This document shows positions 28,573-37,837 of a DNA stretch of 64,000 bases, one piece after another. The position numbers and the translations under genes are program-made. How positions within the stretch are numbered: position 1 is the first letter of the stretch; every line of letters begins with the position of its first letter. Origin of the DNA: an uncultured Porphyromonadaceae bacterium (GTDB taxonomy: Bacteria > Bacteroidota > Bacteroidia > Bacteroidales > Barnesiellaceae_A). The stretch lies in NCBI GenBank assembly GCA_937891845.1, contig CALATP010000049.1:26744-90743 (forward strand). The letters are read 5' to 3'. The notes beneath the pieces are model-generated. The model made no database searches, had not been told where the DNA came from, and saw only the letters and a list, made by a program, of their open reading frames with translations.

Positions 28573-29991
28573 TTACATTCCACGTCCTGTCAAGACAGTT
28601 TTTACTGTATAGATTATTATTTTCAAGTCAACCAACATAGTCATATTTTCTAGATAAATGACATCATATTGCAGGCGTTCTATCATCTCGTCAACATTAC
28701 GTGCATATCCATATTTTACCATACCCCAAGATGTTAATCCGGGGCGTATTTGGTACATTAATGAGTAATATGGTGCTTTTTCCATTATTTGCTTTATAAA
28801 ATATTCTCGCTCGGGACGTGGTCCTACGAGCGACATATCGCCTTTGAGTATGTTCCAAAACTGAGGCAATTCATCTAAACGATACTTGCGCATTATTCTG
28901 CCTAATGGTGTAATACGATTGTCGTTGGGGCTTGATAATCGAGGGGTTCCATCACTCTCGGCATCGATATACATTGTGCGCAATTTATATAGATTGAAAG
29001 GTTTTCGATGCTTGCCAATGCGTTCTTGTTTGAAAAATACAGGCCCTTTAGAGTCTCGTTTAATAAGAATAGCCAATGTTGCTATGATGGGAGAAATGAT
29101 AATAAGTGCAAAGAATGAGAATATAATATCGAAGAGACGCTTCATATTACGTCCCCCTTCCGATATGGCACAACTTGTAACATCTACCAACAACTCGCCA
29201 TATATGTTAGACAAACGGACTCTGCCGGTGAGCCGTTGGAAGGCATCTCCTTTGAGTTTTATGGGGAGGTTGAGTGGAAATAGTGTATTGATTATCTGAT
29301 TGAGATGTGTGTGACGATTGTCATCAACGGCAACTATTATATACTTGATGTCGAGTTGGGTGCAAAGTGTTTCGAGATTTTTATTCTCATAAATGGGTTG
29401 TTCTAGTTGAGGATTGCGTTGTCCCTCTTCTATATCTACATATCCTACAATATTGTATCCTAGCGAGATGGTGCGATTATTGATTTCTTGTGTTAGTTTG
29501 GCGGCTTGTTTGCCACATCCTACAACAAGGGTGTTGAAACTCCACGTGCGGTTGTGTATCTTTGTTGTAGCATCGGCTGTGATAAATATGCGTAGCGGAT
29601 ATACACAGACAAATTGTACTGCAAAGAGAATAAATAACAACTCGTAATTGTCTATACGCAGTGGTAGTATATCGTTGATTAGCGCTGTAAAGTATAGAAT
29701 GAGCGTATTAAGTGTTACTGTGCTGATTGTAGTAAATAGCTCCTGTAAACGAGACTTGAAAAATACGACGTTGTAATATCCTGACAAATAGTATACCAAC
29801 ATCATAATCAAGGGCATAATTAATTGTCCTAATAGCACGTTGGGCGAGAAAAGGAATTCATATAAAACAACATAGCCCGATACGACCGAGGGCATATAAA
29901 ACCTAATTATATTGAATAGTAACCACGCAATATTACTCATTGCGTAGTCACATATTATATATTTGGCGCGTTGTATATTTACTCCAATCAT
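28573..29991 (-). CDS. Second large WbaP-like initiating phosphoglycosyl transferase
   Basis: Same architecture as 23914..25299: TM region, Rossmann-like VVGCGKQAAKL, then PVFFKQERIG and DELPQFWNILKGDMSLVGPRP. Its ATG overlaps the tsaC stop (ATGA). Confidence 0.85.
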   Translation of the reverse strand: MIGVNIQRAKYIICDYAMSNIAWLLFNIIRFYMPSVVSGYVVLYEFLFSPNVLLGQLIMPLIMMLVYYLSGYYNVVFFKSRLQELFTTISTVTLNTLILYFTALINDILPLRIDNYELLFILFAVQFVCVYPLRIFITADATTKIHNRTWSFNTLVVGCGKQAAKLTQEINNRTISLGYNIVGYVDIEEGQRNPQLEQPIYENKNLETLCTQLDIKYIIVAVDDNRHTHLNQIINTLFPLNLPIKLKGDAFQRLTGRVRLSNIYGELLVDVTSCAISEGGRNMKRLFDIIFSFFALIIISPIIATLAILIKRDSKGPVFFKQERIGKHRKPFNLYKLRTMYIDAESDGTPRLSSPNDNRITPLGRIMRKYRLDELPQFWNILKGDMSLVGPRPEREYFIKQIMEKAPYYSLMYQIRPGLTSWGMVKYGYARNVDEMIERLQYDVIYLENMTMLVDLKIIIYTVKTVLTGRGM

Positions 29992-30560
29992 TCTCTAATT
30001 ACTTTTATTATACCACCGGTACTAAGCTTTATTATACTTGATGGTGATGCCGGAATGCTGTTTTCTTGTTGTGTTTCAACTATATAATCAACCGCTTGTC
30101 TTATTTCATCAGAAATATCGGCATAGCATAAGGGTGACGGTAGTCCGCTTATATTGGCCGAAGTGGAAACAATAGCTTTGCGAAATTTGCGACATAATGC
30201 TTGAGAGAAAGCCTCTTGTGTTACTCTGATGGCAACACTCCCATCCTCTCCTATTACTTCTTGAGCAAGATTACGAGCATTGTCATAAATGATAGTAAGG
30301 GGCTTGGTCGAAAGGTCTACCAAGTCATACGCGATATCCGGTACTTCTCTGACGTAAAAATCTACTTTGGTCATAGAGTCGGTAAGTATAATAAGAGCTT
30401 TGCTGTCGGAACGACGTTTTATTTCAAAAACACGTCGCACAGCATCGGAATTTGTGGCATCGCAACCTATACCCCATATTGTGTCTGTCGGGTAAAGTAT
30501 TATACCACCGCGCTCCATTACAGCACAAGCTTGCGCTATATCTTCTTGTATTGTCTTCAT
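29988..30560 (-). CDS. tsaC: L-threonylcarbamoyladenylate synthase (YrdC/TsaC type)
   Basis: Contains ILYPTDTIWGIGCDATN and TSANISG. I prefer the ATG at 30560 (190 aa). The 70 upstream codons in the ORF track are low-complexity and overlap the promoter box. Confidence 0.85.
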   Translation of the reverse strand: MKTIQEDIAQACAVMERGGIILYPTDTIWGIGCDATNSDAVRRVFEIKRRSDSKALIILTDSMTKVDFYVREVPDIAYDLVDLSTKPLTIIYDNARNLAQEVIGEDGSVAIRVTQEAFSQALCRKFRKAIVSTSANISGLPSPLCYADISDEIRQAVDYIVETQQENSIPASPSSIIKLSTGGIIKVIRE

Positions 30561-30590
30561 TGGTTGTTGTTTTACACATATAGTGTATTG

Positions 30591-30598
30591 CAAAGTTA
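30591..30598 (-). promoter_or_regulatory. Candidate -7 box (TAacTTTG on the minus strand) upstream of tsaC
   Basis: The plus strand reads CAAAGTTA, 31 nt upstream of the ATG at 30560. Confidence 0.45.
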
Positions 30599-30816
30599 CA
30601 CAATAACCATACGAATACAAAATATAGAGAATGTTTTTTTGAGAAAATATACAGTATATTGCTGTTTGCTTAGATATAACAGATGTGTCGCTCTTTACAT
30701 TGGATGAAATCTTTTGTTTATAAATAGTATTGTCGTTATAATGTCGTGCTCTTGTATATACTTCTTGCAATTACATTAAAAATTGAGTATATTCGCAGTT
30801 TGAAAAAGAAAATATT

Positions 30817-31629
30817 ATGGACAACTTAGATTCTCATAATACCTCACATCGCCCCTATCGCGTAGGCTTGGCATTGAGTGGAGGTGGAGCGCGAGGTTTT
30901 GCGCACGTAGGTGTATTGCGCGCTCTTGAAGAGATAGGTATCAAACCCGATATAATAGCGGGTACTAGTGCCGGTGCTATAGTCGCAGCGCTCTATGCCG
31001 ATGGTTATACTCCACAACATCTTTTAAAGCTATTTAATGAGCTTGATGTTAAAGAGTTGGTGGAGATGACACTCCCTCGTAATTCATTGCTTAAAATAGA
31101 TAAGTTTATAAAATTTCTTGAAAGTAAACTCTACGCTCGTCGCATTGAGGACTTAAAAATACCAACACTTATTGTTGCTACCGACTTCGATCACGGAAAG
31201 AGTGTGGCTTTTCATTCGGGTGATTTGAGTGTGCGCGTAGCTGCGTCGTGCTCTATTCCCATTATGTTTCCACCCATTTCTATAGATGGCGTTAATTATG
31301 TAGATGGTGGTGTATTGCGCAACTTGCCTGCAACGCATATCAGAGAGTTGTGTGATGTTCTCATTGGCGTTAATGTTTCGCCTATGCGACACGAAAAGTA
31401 TGATAACAACTTAATATCTATCGCTGATAGAGCATACAATTTCCTTTCTTGCGGAAATGTGTTCCCCGATTTGGCCTTGTGTGATGTGGTTATCGAGCAC
31501 GATGATGTTGGTGATTATCGTGTTTATGACCTCAAAGAATATATAAACATTGAAGAATTGGGCTACCGACAAGCTATTGATACATTGTCTCGTCTGTTGC
31601 CCGAGAAAAAGAAATTATTGAATATCTAA
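30817..31629 (+). CDS. Patatin-like phospholipase
   Basis: Oxyanion motif SGGGARG, nucleophile elbow GTSAG, and catalytic Asp motif VDGGV. Confidence 0.9.
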   Translation: MDNLDSHNTSHRPYRVGLALSGGGARGFAHVGVLRALEEIGIKPDIIAGTSAGAIVAALYADGYTPQHLLKLFNELDVKELVEMTLPRNSLLKIDKFIKFLESKLYARRIEDLKIPTLIVATDFDHGKSVAFHSGDLSVRVAASCSIPIMFPPISIDGVNYVDGGVLRNLPATHIRELCDVLIGVNVSPMRHEKYDNNLISIADRAYNFLSCGNVFPDLALCDVVIEHDDVGDYRVYDLKEYINIEELGYRQAIDTLSRLLPEKKKLLNI

Positions 31630-31643
31630 CCCTTTTGATTCTT

Positions 31644-33365
31644 ATGGAGAACAAAATCGTTATCTATCAAGTTTTGCCTCGACTTTTCTCAAATACTTGC
31701 GACCATTGTATACCATTTGGTACTAAGGAGGAGAATGGTGTGGGTAAACTCAATCATTTTACGCCCAAAGTTTTGAAAGAGATTAAATCTCTTGGTATTA
31801 CACATATATGGTATACAGGAGTTATAGAACACGCTACTCAAACCGATTATAGCGCTTATGGTATACGCCCTCACAATCCATATATAGTGAAAGGTAAAGC
31901 GGGCTCACCTTATGCTATAAGTGACTATTATGATATTGACCCTGATTTGGCCGAAGATATTCCGTCTCGAATGCAAGAGTTTGAGGCATTGGTAGAGCGT
32001 ACACATCAGGCCGGGATGAAAGTTATAATAGACTTTGTGCCCAATCACGTTGCTCGTGAATATGATTCTGATAGTATGCCCGAAGGAGAGAAACAATTGG
32101 GCGAGAATGATGATAAAGAAAAACAATTTTCGCCCAATAATAACTTCTATTACATACCGCGACAGCGTTTCTCTCCGCGATTTTTTATAGGTCAGAATAC
32201 ACCTAATGAATATTATGAATTTCCTGCCAAGGCTACCGGAAATGATCGTTTTGATGCTTATCCCGAGAATAGCGATTGGTATGAAACCATAAAGTTGAAT
32301 TATGGAGTTGACTATATGGATTGGGGACGTCATCATTTTGACCCTATACCCGATACTTGGCAAAAGATGTTGAATATCTTGCTATTCTGGTGTGGCAAAG
32401 GCATTGATGCGTTCCGTTGTGATATGGTACATATGGTACCGGTCGACTTTTGGCATTGGGCCATTGCTCAAGTAAAACGCAGTTATCCTCATATAAAGTT
32501 TATAGCTGAGATATATGATCCGGCATTGTATCGTTCCTATATAGAATGGGGATTGTTTGATTATTTGTATGATAAGGTAGGACTCTATGATAAATTGCGT
32601 GCAGTTGAGTGTCACGATGTGTCGGCTGCACAGCTTTCATACTGTTGGCAATCACTAGGTGACTTGTCGGACAATATGCTCAATTTCCTCGAGAACCACG
32701 ATGAGCAACGTTTTGCGTCAATGCAATATGCCGGTAATGCATCGCGAGTATTACCCTCACTTATTGTGTCATCAACAATGAGTCGTGCTCCAATGATGAT
32801 TTATTTTGGCCAAGAGCTAGGTGAACAAGCCTTAGATGCAGAAGGATTTAGTGGCAGGGATGGTCGTACAACGATATTTGATTACTGGAGTGTACCTAGC
32901 GTGAGAGCGTGGTATAACGACGGTAAATGTACGACAACACGCCTTACTCCCGAACAACGCAAATTGCGAAAACTCTATAAGCAGGTACTCAATATGTGTA
33001 ATAAAGAAAAGGCCATCTCGAAAGGTCAATTTTTCGATTTGATGTATGTCAATTGTGATAATCCACACTTCGACCCACATCGTCAATACGCATATTTGAG
33101 ATATTACGAAAATGAAGTTCTACTTATCATTGTAAACTTTGGCACTTTTTCAACAGATGTTTCAGTTAATATTCCACAGCACGCGCTTGATATGATGAAT
33201 GTGGAGTCTGATAAATATAACGCTGTCGAATTGCTACAAGGCGAGCACGATGAGAAATATTTGCATAGGGCAATACCTTTCACAACTTCGATAGCTGCGC
33301 ATAGTGCTGCGATTTGGAAATTCAAAATTGCGAAAAAAAACTTACAATCAAAGAGAAAAAAATGA
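31644..33365 (+). CDS. Cytoplasmic GH13 alpha-amylase family glycoside hydrolase
   Basis: GH13 conserved regions DFVPNHVA, DAFRCDMVHMVP, FIAEIYD and FLENHDEQR. No signal peptide. I prefer the ATG at 31644 to the TTG at 31635. Confidence 0.85.
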   Translation: MENKIVIYQVLPRLFSNTCDHCIPFGTKEENGVGKLNHFTPKVLKEIKSLGITHIWYTGVIEHATQTDYSAYGIRPHNPYIVKGKAGSPYAISDYYDIDPDLAEDIPSRMQEFEALVERTHQAGMKVIIDFVPNHVAREYDSDSMPEGEKQLGENDDKEKQFSPNNNFYYIPRQRFSPRFFIGQNTPNEYYEFPAKATGNDRFDAYPENSDWYETIKLNYGVDYMDWGRHHFDPIPDTWQKMLNILLFWCGKGIDAFRCDMVHMVPVDFWHWAIAQVKRSYPHIKFIAEIYDPALYRSYIEWGLFDYLYDKVGLYDKLRAVECHDVSAAQLSYCWQSLGDLSDNMLNFLENHDEQRFASMQYAGNASRVLPSLIVSSTMSRAPMMIYFGQELGEQALDAEGFSGRDGRTTIFDYWSVPSVRAWYNDGKCTTTRLTPEQRKLRKLYKQVLNMCNKEKAISKGQFFDLMYVNCDNPHFDPHRQYAYLRYYENEVLLIIVNFGTFSTDVSVNIPQHALDMMNVESDKYNAVELLQGEHDEKYLHRAIPFTTSIAAHSAAIWKFKIAKKNLQSKRKK

Positions 33366-33397
33366 GCAAAAGAGTGCTCGATAACGAAACATAGTTT

Positions 33398-33405
33398 TAA
33401 CTTTG
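33398..33405 (+). promoter_or_regulatory. Candidate -7 box (TAacTTTG) upstream of prs
   Basis: TAACTTTG lies 39 nt upstream of the prs ATG. Confidence 0.45.
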
Positions 33406-33443
33406 CAGAAAAATTTCAAACAGCTATATTTTTACAAAATATT

Positions 33444-34382
33444 ATGGAACAAACAACACCTTTCAAGGTATTTTCAGGAACCAACTCTCGTTATTTGGCC
33501 GAGAAAATTTGCACTAGTCTTGGTTGCGAATTGGGTCAAATGAACATTCAACATTTTGCCGATGGCGAATTTGCCGTATCATTTGAAGAGTCTATACGTG
33601 GTTTGGAGGTATATCTTGTTCAATCTACCTTCCCTAGTTCAGACAATTTGATGGAACTATTGTTGATGGTTGATGCAGCTAAACGTGCTTCGGCTAAAAC
33701 AATTAATGCGGTTATCCCCTACTTCGGATGGGCTCGTCAAGACCGTAAAGATAAGCCCCGTGTATCTATTGGTGCCAAACTTATTGCCGATTTGTTGAGC
33801 GCTGCTGGTATCGATCGTCTTATTACAATGGATCTTCACGCCGACCAAATACAAGGTTTCTTTGATGTTCCCGTTGACCACCTCTATGCATCGTCGGTAT
33901 TCATTCCTTATATCGAGTCGCTCAAGCTCGAGAATATGGCTATCGCAACACCCGACGTTGGTGGCTCAAAACGTGCCAGCACTTATGCCAAGTATTTTAA
34001 CTGTCCTCTTGTATTGTGTGATAAAAAACGCAATAAACCCAATGAGGTTGCCGAAATGACAGTAATTGGTGAAGTTGAAGGTCGTGATGTAATTCTCATT
34101 GATGATATGGTGGATACAGCAGGTACAATCACCAAAGCAGCAAACTTGATGATGGACTGGGGTGCCAACTCGGTTCGTGCCATCGCCAGCCACGCTGTGA
34201 TGAGTGACCCTGCATCGGTACGTGTTCAAGATTCATTGCTCACTGAAATGGTGTTTACAGATAGTATTCCCTACACCAAGGAGTGTGACAAGGTACATAT
34301 CTTGACAATTGCCGATTTGTTTGCCGACACTATTCGTCGTGTCAATAGCAATAAATCAATATCTTCTCAATATTTATTGTAA
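33444..34382 (+). CDS. prs: Ribose-phosphate pyrophosphokinase
   Basis: 312 aa. PRPP-binding loop VILIDDMVDTAGT and YFGWARQDRK. Confidence 0.95.
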   Translation: MEQTTPFKVFSGTNSRYLAEKICTSLGCELGQMNIQHFADGEFAVSFEESIRGLEVYLVQSTFPSSDNLMELLLMVDAAKRASAKTINAVIPYFGWARQDRKDKPRVSIGAKLIADLLSAAGIDRLITMDLHADQIQGFFDVPVDHLYASSVFIPYIESLKLENMAIATPDVGGSKRASTYAKYFNCPLVLCDKKRNKPNEVAEMTVIGEVEGRDVILIDDMVDTAGTITKAANLMMDWGANSVRAIASHAVMSDPASVRVQDSLLTEMVFTDSIPYTKECDKVHILTIADLFADTIRRVNSNKSISSQYLL

Positions 34383-34414
34383 GATATAATTATAATTGAA
34401 GTTTAACAACCTCC

Positions 34415-34470
34415 TTGGGTATCTATTGATATAGATATTAGGGAGGTTGTTGCTTTTTATACAGTGTGTA
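34415..34470 (+). terminator. Long stem-loop plus T-tract downstream of prs
   Basis: AACAACCTCC pairs with GGAGGTTGTT (10 bp). The loop contains a nested ATCTAT/ATAGAT palindrome. GCTTTTTA follows. Confidence 0.6.
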
Positions 34471-34486
34471 ACTAGATCGATACTTT

Positions 34487-37400
34487 ATGAAACCTATTAA
34501 GATTTTATTCATTACATTTCTATCCTTGGTAAATACATTGTCTTTTGCATCTTTGCCGTTTCAGTCTTTGGAACAGCTCAAAGGTAATACTCAATCAATG
34601 ATAGAAAGAGTTGCATCGAAAAATAAAGTTAACAGATTTTCGATGAAAGCCGATGGGAATATCCTCCCTGCCGGTAGAGCCTTTGCCTATACTTGGGGTG
34701 TGTTTTATCACGAAAATGGTCATACGTGGTACTATACACAGACCTTTGAAAACCGAGGATGGTATCTGGGTTCGTCCGAGATTACTATTTATGATAACAA
34801 TTTCAGTCGGATGGGTGCATTTACAATTGAAATACCGGAGGATATGAATGTTAATGACATTAATCCTATCGATTTTCTAAGTACGACATTCTTTGATACA
34901 GATGCTTCTACTCTTGAAATACCTGTATTTATTCACGCTGTTGACAATGGAACTCAAATAAATAGAATCGGTATATATCATCTCGATGGTGAGAAAATTC
35001 AAGAATATAATTCACAATCAATGCTTGATTTTCGTGCGTCGGATAGCTATATGCGTGTATTGTTGATGAATGAGAGCGATGGTAATATAAATGTCAGTGT
35101 GTTGCGCTCGGCGCAAGCCGATGCTTTACCCGTTATAGAGCATACATTTAGTGTAGATCAAGACCTTATGTATTATAATAATGGTCCGGTGATAAACTAT
35201 TATTCTATTAATAATGAGCCTTATTACGTGGTATCGCACTTCGAAAAGCCTTGTATGGATGGTTACGATATGGAAAATTTTATTCCAACACAGACTCCTG
35301 ATAATTATTTGACAATCAAGACTTATGACCGGAACTTTGAGATGGTCGATTCAATTGGAGTATCCATTGACGCAACCAATGAAGAGGCTACTTATGGATT
35401 TGCATCGTTGGGTATGCTTACAATGAATGATGTCCGTATAGGTGATTTTACCAATGATAATCAGTTCAATTATATTGTAACACATTACGATTATTTTGCT
35501 TTGAGCGATGAGTTTGTCTATTATTTCAAAGTGTATGACAGTGATGGTAATTTAGTTAATACAATAGTAGAGAATACAACTACTTGGTTCCCGTTGAGCG
35601 ATTTGGAGGGCTTTGAAGAACAGGTTTCATTCCTCAAATTAGGAACTGATGGTACACAAATACTTGAAATGGTTGATATACCTTCGTGCGAAGTTGCCGC
35701 TACTTTCCCTGCTGTTATCGATGGATACAATATCTCTGCTACATTCGATCGTTGTCGTGTTGATGATGACTATCAGTATGTTATATCTATCGCTAATGCC
35801 GAGGAAGATAAAGATGGTAATGCTATGGCTCGTATTGGTTGGTATAGACGTGACTGCACTGTTGACCATTATGTAACTTTCAATCTAGGTAAGAATGCTG
35901 AAGGGTTTACTCCTTATATTGCAAACTATGTACTTAATCCCTATTTGTTCAATACCGATAGCAAGCGTGAATATTTCTATTTGGCAATGAATAAGCGCAC
36001 TGATGGTAGTGAGGTGTTGGATAAAACATTGTATTTGGCTGATGAAGATGGTAAAGTGCTACTAACTATAAAACCTGAAGCCGGAGATGAAATTGAATTC
36101 TCTAGTGGAGATATATTTGACCCGAACACACCTGCTCCTAGTCTGGTATTATCTTTCTACAATGGTGAGAAAGATGCCTTTGAGGTAATGTTATATAAGT
36201 TGCCATTCTTTACATTTACTAGTGGAGGAGATGGTACACAAGAAAATCCCTATATCATAACTACTCCCGGCGAACTAGCTCAAATGCACACCCAACCAGC
36301 TGCTCACTATGTTTTGGGTAACGATATTGATATGAGTGGATATGAGTCGACCTATTTTGCTCCTGACACTTTTACCGGTAGTTTCGATGGTAATAATTAT
36401 TTTATCAAAAATGCAGTTTTAGTAAATAACGGACTATTCGGTAATACACAAGATGTAACAATCAAAAATGTGCAGATTAAGTCTCCCGTATTGTTTACTG
36501 TCGATGGAAATAATGGTATAATAGCAGCCAGTTCTATCAATACAACGATAGAAAATGTGCACGTATATGATGCTATGATAGATGGAGAAGTTGGATTTGA
36601 TATGAATGTGGGCGGACTTGTTGGAATTGCCGAAAATACAAACTTCAGTGCTGTTTCGGTAATAAGAACTGTCGTAAATAATTGCATAAACAATATGGGC
36701 GGTATTGCAGGATATATGAAAGGTAGTAACATCAATGCTGCTGTGACTAATGGTGAAGTAATTCTAGGTGGATTTTCTATTGGAGGTATTGCAGCCGTAG
36801 CCGATGCAAATAGTAATATAACAAATTGTCATACAGCGTGGAATGCAACGGCATTAAGTAGTATTGGTGGTATTGTATGTAATTCGCAAAGAGCTATTAT
36901 ATCATATTGTTATGCAGATGGTTTTTACGCCGACTGTGTAGATGATGTGACTTGGCCTACCTATGGCGGTATTGTATATATGCTTGATGAAGCACAAGAT
37001 GGCTCTACATCATATGTGATAAGCAATTGTGTAACTACCAATTATGATGTTGTGAGAGAATGTGCCGATAATGAGCAAGGCTTATATAACAATTATACAG
37101 GCTCGACCGATAATCAATACAATACTGCACATCCCAGCGCATACAAGCCGGTTGAAGAGATGAATAGTTCATTCTTTGAGAGTTTGGGTTATAGATATGG
37201 AAATAACAATGATGCACCTTGGATGGGCGAAAGTTTGCCTATTCTCTACTTTGAGAATGATTGCCAAAGTGTTATCGGCATAGATCGTGATAACAGCTCT
37301 GTCAATTATGATGGATATAGTGTATGGTGTAATGATGCAAACTATATCTATATGTACGACCTGCAAGGAAATTGTGTTGCTTCCATAAATGCATCAGCAT

Positions 37401-37492
37401 TGAACGTATCGACGATGAATGCAGGTGTGTATATTGTTGTTGCTATTGATGCCAATGGTGAAAGTAATGTACGTAAGATTGTTATCAAGTAA
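34487..37492 (+). CDS. Large secreted surface protein: unknown N-terminal ~570 aa, GLUG-motif beta-helix region and a T9SS C-terminal sorting domain
   Basis: Signal peptide MKPIKILFITFLSLVNTLSFA. The entry motif GDGTQENPYIITTPGELAQM precedes repeated GG(L/I)(V/A)G units (GGLVGIAENT, GGIAGYMKGS, GGIAAVADAN, GGIVCNSQRA). The C-terminus ...YDLQGNCVASINASALNVSTMNAGVYIVVAIDANGESNVRKIVIK is typical of a T9SS CTD. Confidence 0.8.
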   Translation: MKPIKILFITFLSLVNTLSFASLPFQSLEQLKGNTQSMIERVASKNKVNRFSMKADGNILPAGRAFAYTWGVFYHENGHTWYYTQTFENRGWYLGSSEITIYDNNFSRMGAFTIEIPEDMNVNDINPIDFLSTTFFDTDASTLEIPVFIHAVDNGTQINRIGIYHLDGEKIQEYNSQSMLDFRASDSYMRVLLMNESDGNINVSVLRSAQADALPVIEHTFSVDQDLMYYNNGPVINYYSINNEPYYVVSHFEKPCMDGYDMENFIPTQTPDNYLTIKTYDRNFEMVDSIGVSIDATNEEATYGFASLGMLTMNDVRIGDFTNDNQFNYIVTHYDYFALSDEFVYYFKVYDSDGNLVNTIVENTTTWFPLSDLEGFEEQVSFLKLGTDGTQILEMVDIPSCEVAATFPAVIDGYNISATFDRCRVDDDYQYVISIANAEEDKDGNAMARIGWYRRDCTVDHYVTFNLGKNAEGFTPYIANYVLNPYLFNTDSKREYFYLAMNKRTDGSEVLDKTLYLADEDGKVLLTIKPEAGDEIEFSSGDIFDPNTPAPSLVLSFYNGEKDAFEVMLYKLPFFTFTSGGDGTQENPYIITTPGELAQMHTQPAAHYVLGNDIDMSGYESTYFAPDTFTGSFDGNNYFIKNAVLVNNGLFGNTQDVTIKNVQIKSPVLFTVDGNNGIIAASSINTTIENVHVYDAMIDGEVGFDMNVGGLVGIAENTNFSAVSVIRTVVNNCINNMGGIAGYMKGSNINAAVTNGEVILGGFSIGGIAAVADANSNITNCHTAWNATALSSIGGIVCNSQRAIISYCYADGFYADCVDDVTWPTYGGIVYMLDEAQDGSTSYVISNCVTTNYDVVRECADNEQGLYNNYTGSTDNQYNTAHPSAYKPVEEMNSSFFESLGYRYGNNNDAPWMGESLPILYFENDCQSVIGIDRDNSSVNYDGYSVWCNDANYIYMYDLQGNCVASINASALNVSTMNAGVYIVVAIDANGESNVRKIVIK

Positions 37493-37511
37493 TAATTCCT
37501 ATTTTATATGG

Positions 37512-37546
37512 ATAGCCTGTAGTTAAACCTACGGGCTATTTTTTTG
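37512..37546 (+). terminator. Rho-independent terminator of the T9SS cargo gene
   Basis: ATAGCCTGTAG-TTAAAC-CTACGGGCTAT (one G-U pair) followed by TTTTTTTG. Confidence 0.8.
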
Positions 37547-37573
37547 TCTATTGTTATAGTGAAAAATATGTAC

Positions 37574-37581
37574 TATATTTG
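37574..37581 (+). promoter_or_regulatory. Candidate -7 box (TAtaTTTG) upstream of the Pmp3-like small ORF
   Basis: TATATTTG lies 47 nt upstream of the ATG at 37628. Confidence 0.4.
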
Positions 37582-37627
37582 TACAATAAACATTATATAT
37601 AACTAATAAATAAAACAATCTTGAACT

Positions 37628-37780
37628 ATGTCGTGTCTTAGAGTATTACTATGTATTATATTCCCACCTTTAGCAGTCATTGATAAAGGCTGTGGTTCTA
37701 TTGTGTTAGTTACTTTGCTCACAATCATTGGATGGGTTCCCGGTGTATTGTGTGCTGTTATAATGAATCAGAAATCCTAG
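37628..37780 (+). CDS. Pmp3/YqaE (UPF0057) family small hydrophobic proteolipid, 50 aa
   Basis: Hand translation gives MSCLRVLLCIIFPPLAVIDKGCGSIVLVTLLTIIGWVPGVLCAVIMNQKS. It has two TM helices and the family hallmarks PPLAV and LT..GW.PG...A. It is absent from the ORF track because it is under 60 aa. Confidence 0.75.
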   Translation: MSCLRVLLCIIFPPLAVIDKGCGSIVLVTLLTIIGWVPGVLCAVIMNQKS

Positions 37781-37837
37781 CTAGTTACATTCGTTCTACA
37801 ATAACAAAATTACTACTGAATATATTATTGGTTTATT

